Below are positions 1 to 9,022 of a DNA stretch of 64,000 bases, in pieces. The translations under genes and the position numbers were made by a program. Below the pieces are notes generated by a model. It saw nothing but the letters and a program-made list of their open reading frames with translations, made no database searches and was not told where the DNA came from. Positions within the stretch are counted from its first letter, which is position 1; each line of letters begins with the position of its first letter. This DNA comes from Candidatus Woesebacteria bacterium (GTDB lineage: Bacteria; Patescibacteriota; Microgenomatia; UBA8517): positions 279,315 to 343,314 of the forward strand of contig CP055307.1 in the NCBI GenBank assembly GCA_013374835.1. Reading direction: 5' to 3'.

Positions 1-1149
1 AGGCCAAAGAAAGTGTCCATGGACAAAAGTGGAAACGCGGGTTATTTTGTCCCAGAAAGACATACCCGGAGTGACAAAAAAGTTATAGAGAATCCAGGAA
101 GAGTCGGATACACCCCATGCCCAGCGTTTTACTTGGGTGTATTGGCCTTTGAGAGTTTTGATGGTTGTGGTAGATTCCATGGCATCTGCATAGAGGGGCA
201 GGTAAAGAGGTTCTACTTCGATTTTTCCTTTGTTTTTGAAAAAAGCTTTGAAGAAAATGCCCCAGTCTTCCGGAATTCTATCCGGATCCCAGTAGCCTGT
301 TTTGTCTAATAGTTTGAAAGAGAGTGAGTAGTTTTGTTGGTTTATTAATCTATCTTTTCTTGGAAGCATTGAGAGTATAAAGATGGAAGCTAGAATATTT
401 GGCACGCGCGTTATTGCAGGCAAACGCCATATATTATTGTAAAGAAGTACTGCCGGTTGCCAGAATTTTTTGTAGCGATTTGGGTCGTCAAGGAATTTGT
501 AGGTTAGGACAGAAAAATGCTTGGGATGAAATACATGATCGGCGTCACAACTGGTAGCTGTTGTATAGTTCATGTCGATTTTTATTCTTTTTTTGGCGGT
601 TATAGCAGCATAGCGTTCGTTTGATGCTTTTCCAACTACTTCACCCGGAGCTAGCTTGTGAACGGTTACTAAAAAATTTGCAAAAATATTTCCAAATTTT
701 TTTTGTAGAAAATTTACTTTTTTCTCTCTTTCTTTTGAATCTTCTTTAAATTCCATTGCAAGAACTACGGAGATTTGTTTTTTGGAGATTTCTTGATTGG
801 CTAGTGAGTTTATTGTTCGGTCGAGAATGTGAATTGGTTCTTTGTATGTTGGGATAATAACTATGTGGTGAACTTTTTTGTAATCGGGGAATTTTTTGAT
901 ATCTGATATCCAATTGTAGTGTTTTGTTGCTTCAATTCTGAAGTGGGATATTGTTGCTGTTATTGCGATTCCGAAAGCTTGATAGAACCAATAGACGTTA
1001 AAAAGTAAAATAAAATAGGCGACTATTTCCGGAATTATAAATATCCCCCAATATGGAAAAAGTATTAGATTCCAAGAAACAAACCCGGGCAAAATTTCAA
1101 AGAATCTAAGAGATTTAGATTTGTGTTTGATTAAAAATTTTCTGAGCAT
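1..1149 (-). CDS. Membrane-bound processive-type glycosyltransferase family 2 (3' end runs off the window; absent from the ORF track)
   Basis: Hand translation from the ATG at 1149 gives MLRKFLIKHKSKSLRFFEILPG...IIPTYKEP...GKASN...SCDADH...PEDW...QVKRWAWG. This contains the D, DxD, ED and QxxRW signature plus N-terminal TM helices, and is open to base 1. Confidence 0.85.
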   Translation of the reverse strand, partial: MLRKFLIKHKSKSLRFFEILPGFVSWNLILFPYWGIFIIPEIVAYFILLFNVYWFYQAFGIAITATISHFRIEATKHYNWISDIKKFPDYKKVHHIVIIPTYKEPIHILDRTINSLANQEISKKQISVVLAMEFKEDSKEREKKVNFLQKKFGNIFANFLVTVHKLAPGEVVGKASNERYAAITAKKRIKIDMNYTTATSCDADHVFHPKHFSVLTYKFLDDPNRYKKFWQPAVLLYNNIWRLPAITRVPNILASIFILSMLPRKDRLINQQNYSLSFKLLDKTGYWDPDRIPEDWGIFFKAFFKNKGKIEVEPLYLPLYADAMESTTTIKTLKGQYTQVKRWAWGVSDSSWILYNFFVTPGMSFWDKITRVSTFVHGHFLWP

Positions 1150-1161
1150 ATTGGAATAGGT

Positions 1162-2571
1162 TTATTTTAATCTAGGAAATAGGACTAAGCCAGACAGTTT
1201 TTCTTTGGATATTAGTCTTGATATAATTTTTTCCGATGTTTCGGGTAGGAATGCACTAAGTGCCTCTGAGATGAAGTAGATATTTGTAAGTGAGTTTAAG
1301 ATGACAAGTTTTTTGTTTTTGGATTTTTTTTCCCACGGCTTGTTTTCATTAAGATATTTATCAGTTTTTTTAATTAAAGTCCATATAGATTTGGTTGCAA
1401 GATCAAATCTATAGATTTTAAGATGTTTTTTAAGTTCGTCTATAATTGGGTTTTTAGTTTTGTTTTTTTTGAACTTGATTTTGTTTTGATCTGCGAGTTT
1501 AAAGATTCTGGACACGAGGTTTCCGAGTCCGTTTGCAAGATCTGCTTGATATGTGTTTTCAAATTTTTTTATTGTAAAGTCGCTATCTAGGTAAGGATTG
1601 AGTTTGGCAAGCAGATAATACCTTACTGCATCGGTTCCATATTTTTGTACTAGATCGTATGGACTGATTGTGGTTCCTTGACTTTTGCTGATTTTTTGCC
1701 CATTTTGTGTGACGAAGCTATGGATAAATATTTGTTTTGTATTCGGTATATCTGCTGCCATAAGCATTGCTTGCCATATTGCTGATTGTTGGCGAAGATT
1801 GTCTTTGCCTGCTATTTGTATTCCGGGCCACCAATCGGAGATTTTTTTGTCCGGCCAGCCGAGGGTTGAAATATAGTTTATCAATGCGTCAAACCAAACG
1901 TACATGACATGATCTTTATCGTTTGGCACCTCGATTCCCCATGGCATTTTGGATTTTAGGCGAGAAATGCTGAAGTCTTTGATACCCGATTCTACAAATT
2001 TTATGACTTCGTTGTATTTTTCTTTTGGTAAAACAAAGTCTGGATTTTTTTTATAAAATTCCAAAAGAGGTCTTTGAAACTTGGAAAATTTAAAGAAATA
2101 GTTTTCTTCATGCCTTAACTCTATTTTTTTATCCGGGTGCAGTGGACAGCGCCCGTTTATAAGCTCCGAATCGGTTATCTCCATTTCGCATCCGACGCAA
2201 TATTTAGTTTCATATGTTTTTTTATCGATGAGTCCTTTTTGGTCACATATTTCCCAAAATTTTTGTGCAGCTTTTATGTGGTTTTGATCTGTTGTTCTTA
2301 TGAATTTGTTGTAACTTAAGTTTAGAGCTTTTTTGAGATTGTTGAATTTTTTGGCGTATTCATCGACATATGCTTTAGGGTTTTGATTTTTCTCAAGTGC
2401 TTTTTGGTATATTTTTTGGCCGTGTTCGTCGGTTCCGAAATTGAATATTACCTTATATCCGAGAAATCGGTGAAAACGAGCTAAGCAATCTGCCTCAACT
2501 ATTTCCATAGCGAAACCGATATGCGGATCTGCATTGACGTAAGGAAGCGTCGTTGTTATGTAGTAGCGCAT
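1162..2571 (-). CDS. metG: Methionyl-tRNA synthetase, short monomeric form
   Basis: YITTTLPYVNADPHIGF (HIGH variant), GTDEHG, CVGC...CPLH knuckle, YVWFDAL and KISKS are present; no C-terminal dimerisation domain. Start moved to the ATG at 2571 (MRYYITT). Confidence 0.95.
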   Translation of the reverse strand: MRYYITTTLPYVNADPHIGFAMEIVEADCLARFHRFLGYKVIFNFGTDEHGQKIYQKALEKNQNPKAYVDEYAKKFNNLKKALNLSYNKFIRTTDQNHIKAAQKFWEICDQKGLIDKKTYETKYCVGCEMEITDSELINGRCPLHPDKKIELRHEENYFFKFSKFQRPLLEFYKKNPDFVLPKEKYNEVIKFVESGIKDFSISRLKSKMPWGIEVPNDKDHVMYVWFDALINYISTLGWPDKKISDWWPGIQIAGKDNLRQQSAIWQAMLMAADIPNTKQIFIHSFVTQNGQKISKSQGTTISPYDLVQKYGTDAVRYYLLAKLNPYLDSDFTIKKFENTYQADLANGLGNLVSRIFKLADQNKIKFKKNKTKNPIIDELKKHLKIYRFDLATKSIWTLIKKTDKYLNENKPWEKKSKNKKLVILNSLTNIYFISEALSAFLPETSEKIISRLISKEKLSGLVLFPRLK

Positions 2572-2595
2572 GTGAGGATATTGTATCAAGAAGGT

Positions 2596-2949
2596 TTATC
2601 TTTTAACAAATTTTTTAATTTTTACAGACCATTTATTTGCCCACTCTTCGGCTTCGAGTTTTTTTAGTACTATTTGAAACCCCCCTTTTTTAAAATTTTC
2701 TTGAACAGAGGCTATGGTTGCGCTTGATACTTTAAGGTTTTGTTTTATATTTTCGTAGCTTCTGCCCTTTTTTAACCAATAAGCTACTGCCAATCTTTTG
2801 GACAAAGTTTCAAACTCTGATTTTGTTAGAAAATCCGTGAGAAAGTGTTTTGATTCATTAATTGTTTTTATATCAGCAATACTTTGAATAAAAGCTTTTT
2901 CGATTTCTTTTTTTAAAGAGATATTTATTTTTTTTTGAGAGATTTTCAT
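2596..2949 (-). CDS. YerC/YecD TrpR-like HTH protein
   Basis: FLTDFLTKSEFETLSKRLAVAYWLKKGRSYENIKQNLKVSSATIASV fits the Trp-repressor family pattern. Confidence 0.8.
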   Translation of the reverse strand: MKISQKKINISLKKEIEKAFIQSIADIKTINESKHFLTDFLTKSEFETLSKRLAVAYWLKKGRSYENIKQNLKVSSATIASVQENFKKGGFQIVLKKLEAEEWANKWSVKIKKFVKR

Positions 2950-2985
2950 TTGTTTGTTTCTTTAATTGAAGTATAACAGAGTATG

Positions 2986-3306
2986 TCAATTATGTTTTGA
3001 AATATAAAGATTGAAAGCTATGGTTGATCCAAAAAGCAGGAGAATATTGAGAAGGTTGCCTATGCCAAAATATCTAAGGATGAGTGCAAAAACTATGGAT
3101 AAGCTAAATAGAAAGCCTTTTTTGGAGTTTGTGAATATTACTGAAAGAGTGAAGAAAAGGGCGAGAAAAAGAACTAAAAAAAATACTGGGATGGCGCCAA
3201 AGTCTTTGGGGCTTGTAAAGACTATAATAACCGAGAGCAGTGTCCAGAGAATTATAATTATTAAAGAAAGTATTAAACCACTTGAGTGGCTTTTTTTTGA
3301 TTTCAT
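2986..3306 (-). CDS. Small multi-pass membrane protein
   Basis: 106 aa with about four hydrophobic segments; a TAAAAT -10 box lies 6 nt before the ATG. Confidence 0.65.
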   Translation of the reverse strand: MKSKKSHSSGLILSLIIIILWTLLSVIIVFTSPKDFGAIPVFFLVLFLALFFTLSVIFTNSKKGFLFSLSIVFALILRYFGIGNLLNILLLFGSTIAFNLYISKHN

Positions 3307-3350
3307 TATTTTATTTTAGACTAAGAGGATGCTAAAATGCTTGTTGAAAC

Positions 3351-4346
3351 ATGGATCCGATTATAATTCTGATATTAATTTTGGGCGGGATTTTGATTTT
3401 GGGATTGTGGGTAAATAAGAAACTTAATGATATTTTTGAAAAACAAAAGCCTTCTAACGAATTGATGGAAATAGTAAAGCTTCTTCAGGAGGGTTCTAAG
3501 GAGGATAGAAGGACACTACTTGAGTCTTTACAGAAAAATACTCAATCTCTTAACGAGAGGCTTGATAATGCTGCTAAGGTGATAGGAGAAGTTCAGAGAA
3601 ACATCGGTGAGTTTAGTGAGATCGGAAGAGGAATGAAGGAGCTTCAAGAATTTCTTCAGAGCCCGAAGCTTAGAGGAAATATTGGAGAGCAAGTTTTGAA
3701 GGATTTGATTGCCCAGATGTTTCCGAAGAGTAGTTTTTTTCTTCAGTACACTTTTAAATCCGGTGAAAAGGTTGATGCTGCCATAAAGACTGGTGCCGGT
3801 ATACTTCCTATTGATTCTAAATTTCCAATGGAAAATTTTCAGAAAATGTCTAAAGCCGAGAGAGAAGATGTAAATTTATATCGAAAAGCTTTTATAAGAG
3901 ATATCAAAAAGCACATAAAAGATATTAGTCGCAAGTATATATTGCCCGATGAAGGAACTATGGATTTTGCGCTTATGTATGTGCCTAGTGAAGCGGTTTA
4001 TTACGAGCTTGTGAGAGAGCAAGAGCTTTTAGAGATGGCACAAAGAGCGAGGGTTTATCCGGTCTCCCCTACTACTTTATATTCACATCTTCAAACTATT
4101 CTTTTGTCGTTTGAAGGAAAGAAAATAGAAACACAAGCTCGTGAGGTGTTTGGGATGCTTAGGGCTATAAGAAAGGATTATTCAAGAGTAGAAGAAAGTT
4201 TGACTACTCTTCAGAGGCATATAAATAATTCTTATAATATGATGGGTAATGTTTTGACTTATTTTAGTCATTTGGGGAGAAAAATAGACGCTACTAATAA
4301 TTTGAAGGAAGGTGGGGAAAAATTTCTTGACGAGCAGAAATCTTAA
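3351..4346 (+). CDS. rmuC: DNA recombination protein RmuC
   Basis: N-terminal TM helix and coiled coil, then KLRGNIGE, PIDSKFP, KYILPDEGTMDFALMYVPSEAVYYE and VSPTTL. Confidence 0.92.
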   Translation: MDPIIILILILGGILILGLWVNKKLNDIFEKQKPSNELMEIVKLLQEGSKEDRRTLLESLQKNTQSLNERLDNAAKVIGEVQRNIGEFSEIGRGMKELQEFLQSPKLRGNIGEQVLKDLIAQMFPKSSFFLQYTFKSGEKVDAAIKTGAGILPIDSKFPMENFQKMSKAEREDVNLYRKAFIRDIKKHIKDISRKYILPDEGTMDFALMYVPSEAVYYELVREQELLEMAQRARVYPVSPTTLYSHLQTILLSFEGKKIETQAREVFGMLRAIRKDYSRVEESLTTLQRHINNSYNMMGNVLTYFSHLGRKIDATNNLKEGGEKFLDEQKS

Positions 4347-7245
4347 TAAGCAGCAAATTGACGCGGTTGAACATAAAAAGGGTCCGCTTCTTATTATTGC
4401 GGGGGCAGGTACGGGTAAGACAACTGTAATAACAGAAAGAATTAAATATCTTATTTCTTCCGGTTTGGCGAAGCCTAATGAGATACTTGCTTTGAGTTTT
4501 ACCGAAAAGGCGTCTTTTGAGATGGTTGAGCGCGTTGATCAGGAGATGCCATACGGATATACCCAGATGTGGATATCTACTTTTCATTCTTTTTGTGACA
4601 AAGTTTTGAGGGCAGAAGCTTTGGAGGTTGGGCTTAATCCAAGATATAGATTGTTAACAGAAGCAGAGTCTATCGGGCTTTTGAGAGAAAATATTTTTGA
4701 GCTTGGTTTGTCTTATTTTAGACCACTTGGGAATCCAAACAAATTTTTGGACGCTATTTTGAAGCATTTTTCCAGACTTCAGGATGAGGATATAGCTCCG
4801 GGTGAATATATTGCCTGGGTAAATTCTAAAATAAAAACATTAAATTCTAAACCGGATAATGGAGAAAAGTTGGAGATTGAAAAATGGAGCGAACTTGCGC
4901 AGGCTTATAAAAAATTCGACGAGATAAAGATTCGTAAGGGTTTAATGGATTTTGGCGATTTGATAGTAAAGACTCTTGATCTTTTTAGAAAACGGCCAAA
5001 TATACTCTCGAGGTATAGGGAGCAGTTTAAGTATATACTTGTTGATGAGTTTCAGGATACTAATTTTGCTCAAAACGAGCTTGCAATTTTGCTTTCTGGG
5101 AATCAAGCTAATATTACTGTTTGTGGAGACGATGACCAAAGCATATATAGATTTAGGGGTGCTGCTGTTAGTAATATTTTTCAGTTTCGCAGAACTTTTC
5201 CTAAGGCTAAGGTTGTGGTTTTGACTAAAAATTACAGGTCAATACAGAAAATTTTGGATGCATCGTATAAATTGATTCAAAATAACAATCCGGATAGGCT
5301 CGAGGTTATTGAAGGGATCGATAAAAAGCTTTCCTGTGATTTAGAAAATGATTCCGGTGGAGTATTTTTTATACATGCGCAAAGGGGTGAAGAAGAGGCT
5401 GAGCTTGTGGCAAAAAAGGTTTTAGAACTTGTGGATTCGGAAAATTTTGATTTTAGAGATTTTGCAGTACTTGTCCGAGCAAATAATCAGGCTGAGTCTT
5501 TTGTTCGCGCCTTTTCAAGAGCAGGGGTACCCTATCAGTTTTTGGGGCCGGGGCGTCTTTTTAGACAGCCCGAGGTGGTAGATTTTATTTCGTATCTAAA
5601 GGTGCTTTATGATCCTACCGATTCAGTTTCTTTTTACAGGGTTCTTTCTTTGGATCATTTGAAGATTGATTCTAGAGATGTTTCGTTTATTGGTAGTTAT
5701 GCAAAGAAAAATAATATGTCTTTATATGAGGCTGCAGAGTGTGTTGGGGAGATAAATAATATAAGCGAACAATCCAAAGAAAAGGTTTTAAATTTGGTTA
5801 GAATTATTAAGCACCATTTGGGTTTGATAAAAAAAGAGACTGCGGGGCAGATATTGTATTATTTTTTGGAAGAAACCGGTATTATCAAAAATTTAGTTGA
5901 TCCATCCAGTGAAAAAGCGGAAAACGAAGCGAAGAATATATCTAAGTTTTTTGATAAATTAAAATCTTTTGAAACAGATTATGAAAGAGCCGATGTTTAT
6001 AGCGTTGTTGACTGGATAGATTTGTCCATGGAGCTTGGTGAGTCTCCTTTGGCTTCGACAGAAGATTGGGGTGAGAATAATGCTGTAAATATATTGACTG
6101 TGCATTCGAGTAAGGGACTTGAGTTTCCTGTTGTTTTTTTAGTAAATCTTGTTGAGCAGAGGTTTCCTTCGATTGAGAGGCGTGAGCTTATACCGATTCC
6201 CGATGAACTTATAAAAGAGACTCTGCCTTCGGGTGATTATCATCTTCAGGAGGAAAGAAGACTTTTTTATGTGGGTATGACAAGAGCTCAGAAGTATTTG
6301 TTTTTTAGTGCAGCCGACTATTATTCTGATGGTAAAAGGCAAAGGCGATTGTCTCCTTTTTTGTTTGAAGCTTTGGGCGAGGATATTTCTTTTTTGGAGC
6401 AAAAAAATGCAAAGCAGCTATCATTTCTTGATTATTCAGGAGAAAATAAGGCAGGTTTGTCTAGTTCCCGGGTAAAGCATGTGGTTTACTATCTTTCGTA
6501 TTCCCAGATAAGAACGTTTGAGATTTGTCCGCTTCATTATAAGCTTTCTTATGTTTTGAAGATTCCTACTTCTCCGTCACCTTCAATGAGTTTTGGTACA
6601 AGCGTTCATGAAACATTGAAAGATTTTTATAATCTAGTAAAGTCGGGCAGAAAGCCTGGTAAAAAGTTGCTTGAAGAGATTCTTAAGGATGATTGGATTA
6701 GAGCTGGATATAAAAGCAAAAGACATGAAAAAGAGGCTTTTGAAAAAGCGCTTATATTTTTGAGAGAGTATTATGATAAAGAGTTTGATTATGCAAATTT
6801 GCCCATATTAGTTGAACAGGATTTTTCTATCCCGCTTTATGAAGAAACGGAAAGCGGACGGGAGAAGGTAAGAATTGGTGGAAAGATGGATAGGGTTGAT
6901 TTATTAAGCAATGGGGGAATAGAGATTGTTGACTATAAAACAGGAGAAGAAATTCCGACCCAAAAGGAGGCTGATAAAGACCTCCAGCTTAGTATTTATG
7001 CTTTGGCTGCAACCTGTATAAATACAGAACCGTTTGGTAAGAATGTTGAGGATATCAAGTTATCGCTTTATTATTTTGAGGATCAGACAAAGATAGTTAC
7101 CAAAAGAAGTAAAGCTCAGCTTGAAGAGGCAAAAAAGAAAATATTTGAGGTTAAAAAAGAAATCGAAAACAGCGATTTTAGGTGTAGCGGAAGTTATATT
7201 TGTCGAAATTGTGAGTATTCTATGTTTTGTAAAACAGATTTTTGA
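4312..7245 (+). CDS. UvrD/PcrA-family SF1 helicase fused to a C-terminal PD-(D/E)XK (RecB/AddB-like) nuclease
   Basis: Helicase motifs AGAGTGKT, LVDEFQDTN, GDDDQSIYRFRGA, TVHSSKGLEF and EERRLFYVGMTRA. C-terminal LSYSQ...CPLHY, GKMDRVD...IVDYKTG, QLSIYALA and CxxC-x5-C. Start codon uncertain (overlaps rmuC). Confidence 0.9.
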   Translation: MGKNFLTSRNLNKQQIDAVEHKKGPLLIIAGAGTGKTTVITERIKYLISSGLAKPNEILALSFTEKASFEMVERVDQEMPYGYTQMWISTFHSFCDKVLRAEALEVGLNPRYRLLTEAESIGLLRENIFELGLSYFRPLGNPNKFLDAILKHFSRLQDEDIAPGEYIAWVNSKIKTLNSKPDNGEKLEIEKWSELAQAYKKFDEIKIRKGLMDFGDLIVKTLDLFRKRPNILSRYREQFKYILVDEFQDTNFAQNELAILLSGNQANITVCGDDDQSIYRFRGAAVSNIFQFRRTFPKAKVVVLTKNYRSIQKILDASYKLIQNNNPDRLEVIEGIDKKLSCDLENDSGGVFFIHAQRGEEEAELVAKKVLELVDSENFDFRDFAVLVRANNQAESFVRAFSRAGVPYQFLGPGRLFRQPEVVDFISYLKVLYDPTDSVSFYRVLSLDHLKIDSRDVSFIGSYAKKNNMSLYEAAECVGEINNISEQSKEKVLNLVRIIKHHLGLIKKETAGQILYYFLEETGIIKNLVDPSSEKAENEAKNISKFFDKLKSFETDYERADVYSVVDWIDLSMELGESPLASTEDWGENNAVNILTVHSSKGLEFPVVFLVNLVEQRFPSIERRELIPIPDELIKETLPSGDYHLQEERRLFYVGMTRAQKYLFFSAADYYSDGKRQRRLSPFLFEALGEDISFLEQKNAKQLSFLDYSGENKAGLSSSRVKHVVYYLSYSQIRTFEICPLHYKLSYVLKIPTSPSPSMSFGTSVHETLKDFYNLVKSGRKPGKKLLEEILKDDWIRAGYKSKRHEKEAFEKALIFLREYYDKEFDYANLPILVEQDFSIPLYEETESGREKVRIGGKMDRVDLLSNGGIEIVDYKTGEEIPTQKEADKDLQLSIYALAATCINTEPFGKNVEDIKLSLYYFEDQTKIVTKRSKAQLEEAKKKIFEVKKEIENSDFRCSGSYICRNCEYSMFCKTDF
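4820..4854. repeat. Degenerate 7-bp tandem array inside the helicase gene
   Basis: TAAATTC TAAAATA AAAACAT TAAATTC TAAACCG. Confidence 0.65.
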
Positions 7246-8050
7246 AATAAGTTTTACTGAGGCTTTGCGGAAAAATAACTTCTTTGTCTCCGAAACTTTT
7301 TTTGAAATGGGTAAAGCCGAGCCAGCTTTTGTTTGGGTAACGGTTATCGTAGATGCCTTCGAAATCGAATGTTTTGGCTTTTTTCTCTTTTGCCCAGAGG
7401 ATTCCCTGCCAGACAATTTGGTACTGGATTAATGATTTTTTGGCTTTATTGCTTGTGAATGCCTGCCAGTAATAGGCTGTGGGGCCTGCTTTTAGAAAAA
7501 TAGCGCCTGCTGTAAAGTCCTGTGTAGTTAAAAAAAGGGAGTTTTTTTTAAACGATTTTTTAAGGTTTCTTAGATTTTTACGAGAGGGGACGTAGCGAGT
7601 GAAGGGTACAGAGCTTTTCCAGGCTTTATGAAATTCGTAAATTTTAGGAAGTAAGGAGAGGTTGGTAAGATGTGAGTTTTTTGTTTTGCGCAGGGCATAG
7701 CGGCAGTTTTTTTTAAAATTAGAATAGAGCTTTTCTTCCATTTGGGTGAGATCAATAGTTAAGGTTTTTGACGGCAGGTAAGGAGATTTTGTTTTACGAA
7801 ATCCGTAATCAGTAAGAAGGAAATTGTAATCGGTATTTAATGAGGGTTCGATGAGGATTTGGAAGGGGTGGTATTTGTCTTCGAGTGTTTTGATTAGTTT
7901 GGGGGTGATGACAGCAGGGCGCTGGATTTTTATAAAATGGCCGATGAGGGGGAACTTTTTGATGTAGGAGTATGTGCCTTCGGTTTTATCGACAGTCCAG
8001 CCTTCTAGGGACATGAAGCGGGCATAGGATGAGGATTGGCGAATATCCAT
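7220..8050 (-). CDS. FemABX-like (GNAT) peptidoglycan peptidyltransferase
   Basis: Q-S start motif, TLTIDLT..EEKLYSNFKKNCRYALRK, WQGILWAKEKKAKTFDFEGI and GFTHFKKSFG. Confidence 0.85.
   Translation of the reverse strand: MDIRQSSSYARFMSLEGWTVDKTEGTYSYIKKFPLIGHFIKIQRPAVITPKLIKTLEDKYHPFQILIEPSLNTDYNFLLTDYGFRKTKSPYLPSKTLTIDLTQMEEKLYSNFKKNCRYALRKTKNSHLTNLSLLPKIYEFHKAWKSSVPFTRYVPSRKNLRNLKKSFKKNSLFLTTQDFTAGAIFLKAGPTAYYWQAFTSNKAKKSLIQYQIVWQGILWAKEKKAKTFDFEGIYDNRYPNKSWLGFTHFKKSFGDKEVIFPQSLSKTYFKNLFYKT
7642..7676. repeat. Degenerate 7-bp tandem array
   Basis: TTTTAGG AAGTAAG GAGAGGT TGGTAAG ATGTGAG (weaker than the other arrays). Confidence 0.45.
7801..7835. repeat. Degenerate 7-bp tandem array
   Basis: ATCCGTA ATCAGTA AGAAGGA AATTGTA ATCGGTA. 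Confidence 0.65.
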
Positions 8051-8051
8051 A

Positions 8052-8996
8052 TTAGAATTTTGGCTTGATAAAGCGGGATTTGGTGCGCAGGAAACTCCAA
8101 CGGAGAAAATCTATAGTGCGGTAGGTGTAGTAGAGAGGTTTGTTAATGACTAGATCCCAAGTGCCGATGAATTCGACGACTTTGGGATTGTAGCCTTCTT
8201 TGAAACGGGTAAAACCCTTGCCTTCTTCCCTGCCCCAGAGATCGAATATTTTAAGGTTTCTTTTTTTTCCAAAGCGGATTGCCTCCCACATCATAAGGTT
8301 ATTGGCCATGACATTTTTATATTTATCGGAGGAAGCGCCGTAGGGATAATACAGGAATCCTTTATAAGCGAATAATATCCAAGCAGTTATTATTTTTTTT
8401 TGGTAAGTCGCGGTTAGAAGGAAGGCTAAAGGCTTGTGGTTTGTGGCTTGGGGTTTGGTGTGAAGGTGGTTCCACATGAGGCGGTGGTAACGCTCGGAGT
8501 GGGCGTAGAAGCCTTGCCTTTGAACGGTTTCGCGGGTTAGTTTAAGATAGTTTTCAAAAGCTTGATCTGAATTATTAAGTTGAACTTTTACGCCGCGTTT
8601 TTGGGCAAGACGGATATTGTATCTAGTTTTTGAGGAAAAGCTTTTTAAAAGTTCATCTTTGGTTTTTGTAAGGTCGATCCAGAATGAGGTTGAAGTAAAG
8701 AGGGTTTTGCCTGGCACGCAATTATTTTTTTTGAGGAGGTCTTCAAGTCCTTGCTCTTTGGGGGTAAAAGGCTCGATTTTGATAAAAATCAGATTGTTTT
8801 CTTTAGCAATTTTTTTAAGGTCGGTGAGCATTGGTTGAGTGGGTTTGGGGCCTCGGATAAACATACCTACTTTGTAGCTGGTAACCGGTAACTTGTGACA
8901 AGTAATATATCCATATTTGGTTTTGATAACTTCGTTGCCCCAAGTACGCCTAAAGTCCGCCCAAAATTTGGATTGAAGGGGGTGTTGCGGTAGCAT
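8052..8996 (-). CDS. FemABX/FemX-like lipid II aminoacyltransferase
   Basis: HPLQSKFWADFR, IRGP, FIKIEP, KTRYNIRLAQKRGV, YPYGASS, NLMMWEAIRFGK...FDLWG, GFTRFKEGY and EFIGTWD. Confidence 0.9.
   Translation of the reverse strand: MLPQHPLQSKFWADFRRTWGNEVIKTKYGYITCHKLPVTSYKVGMFIRGPKPTQPMLTDLKKIAKENNLIFIKIEPFTPKEQGLEDLLKKNNCVPGKTLFTSTSFWIDLTKTKDELLKSFSSKTRYNIRLAQKRGVKVQLNNSDQAFENYLKLTRETVQRQGFYAHSERYHRLMWNHLHTKPQATNHKPLAFLLTATYQKKIITAWILFAYKGFLYYPYGASSDKYKNVMANNLMMWEAIRFGKKRNLKIFDLWGREEGKGFTRFKEGYNPKVVEFIGTWDLVINKPLYYTYRTIDFLRWSFLRTKSRFIKPKF
8424..8458. repeat. 7-bp tandem array inside the FemX-like gene
   Basis: GGCTAAA GGCTTGT GGTTTGT GGCTTGG GGTTTGG; encodes TKPQATNHKPLA on the minus strand. 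Confidence 0.75.
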
Positions 8997-9002
8997 GAGC
9001 TT

Positions 9003-9011
9003 ATTATAACA
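9003..9011 (-). promoter_or_regulatory. Extended -10 promoter for the femX-like gene (leaderless geometry)
   Basis: Minus strand reads TGtTATAAT, then 6 nt, then the ATG at 8996. Confidence 0.6.
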
Positions 9012-9022
9012 GCATTAATTTT

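Noticed and set aside
13-309. 98-aa plus-strand ORF
   Set aside because: It is the antisense shadow of the minus-strand GT2 gene, which has clear family motifs.
3011-3319. Basic 102-aa plus-strand ORF
   Set aside because: It is antisense to a hydrophobic membrane-protein gene; the Lys/Arg richness mirrors Phe/Leu codons.
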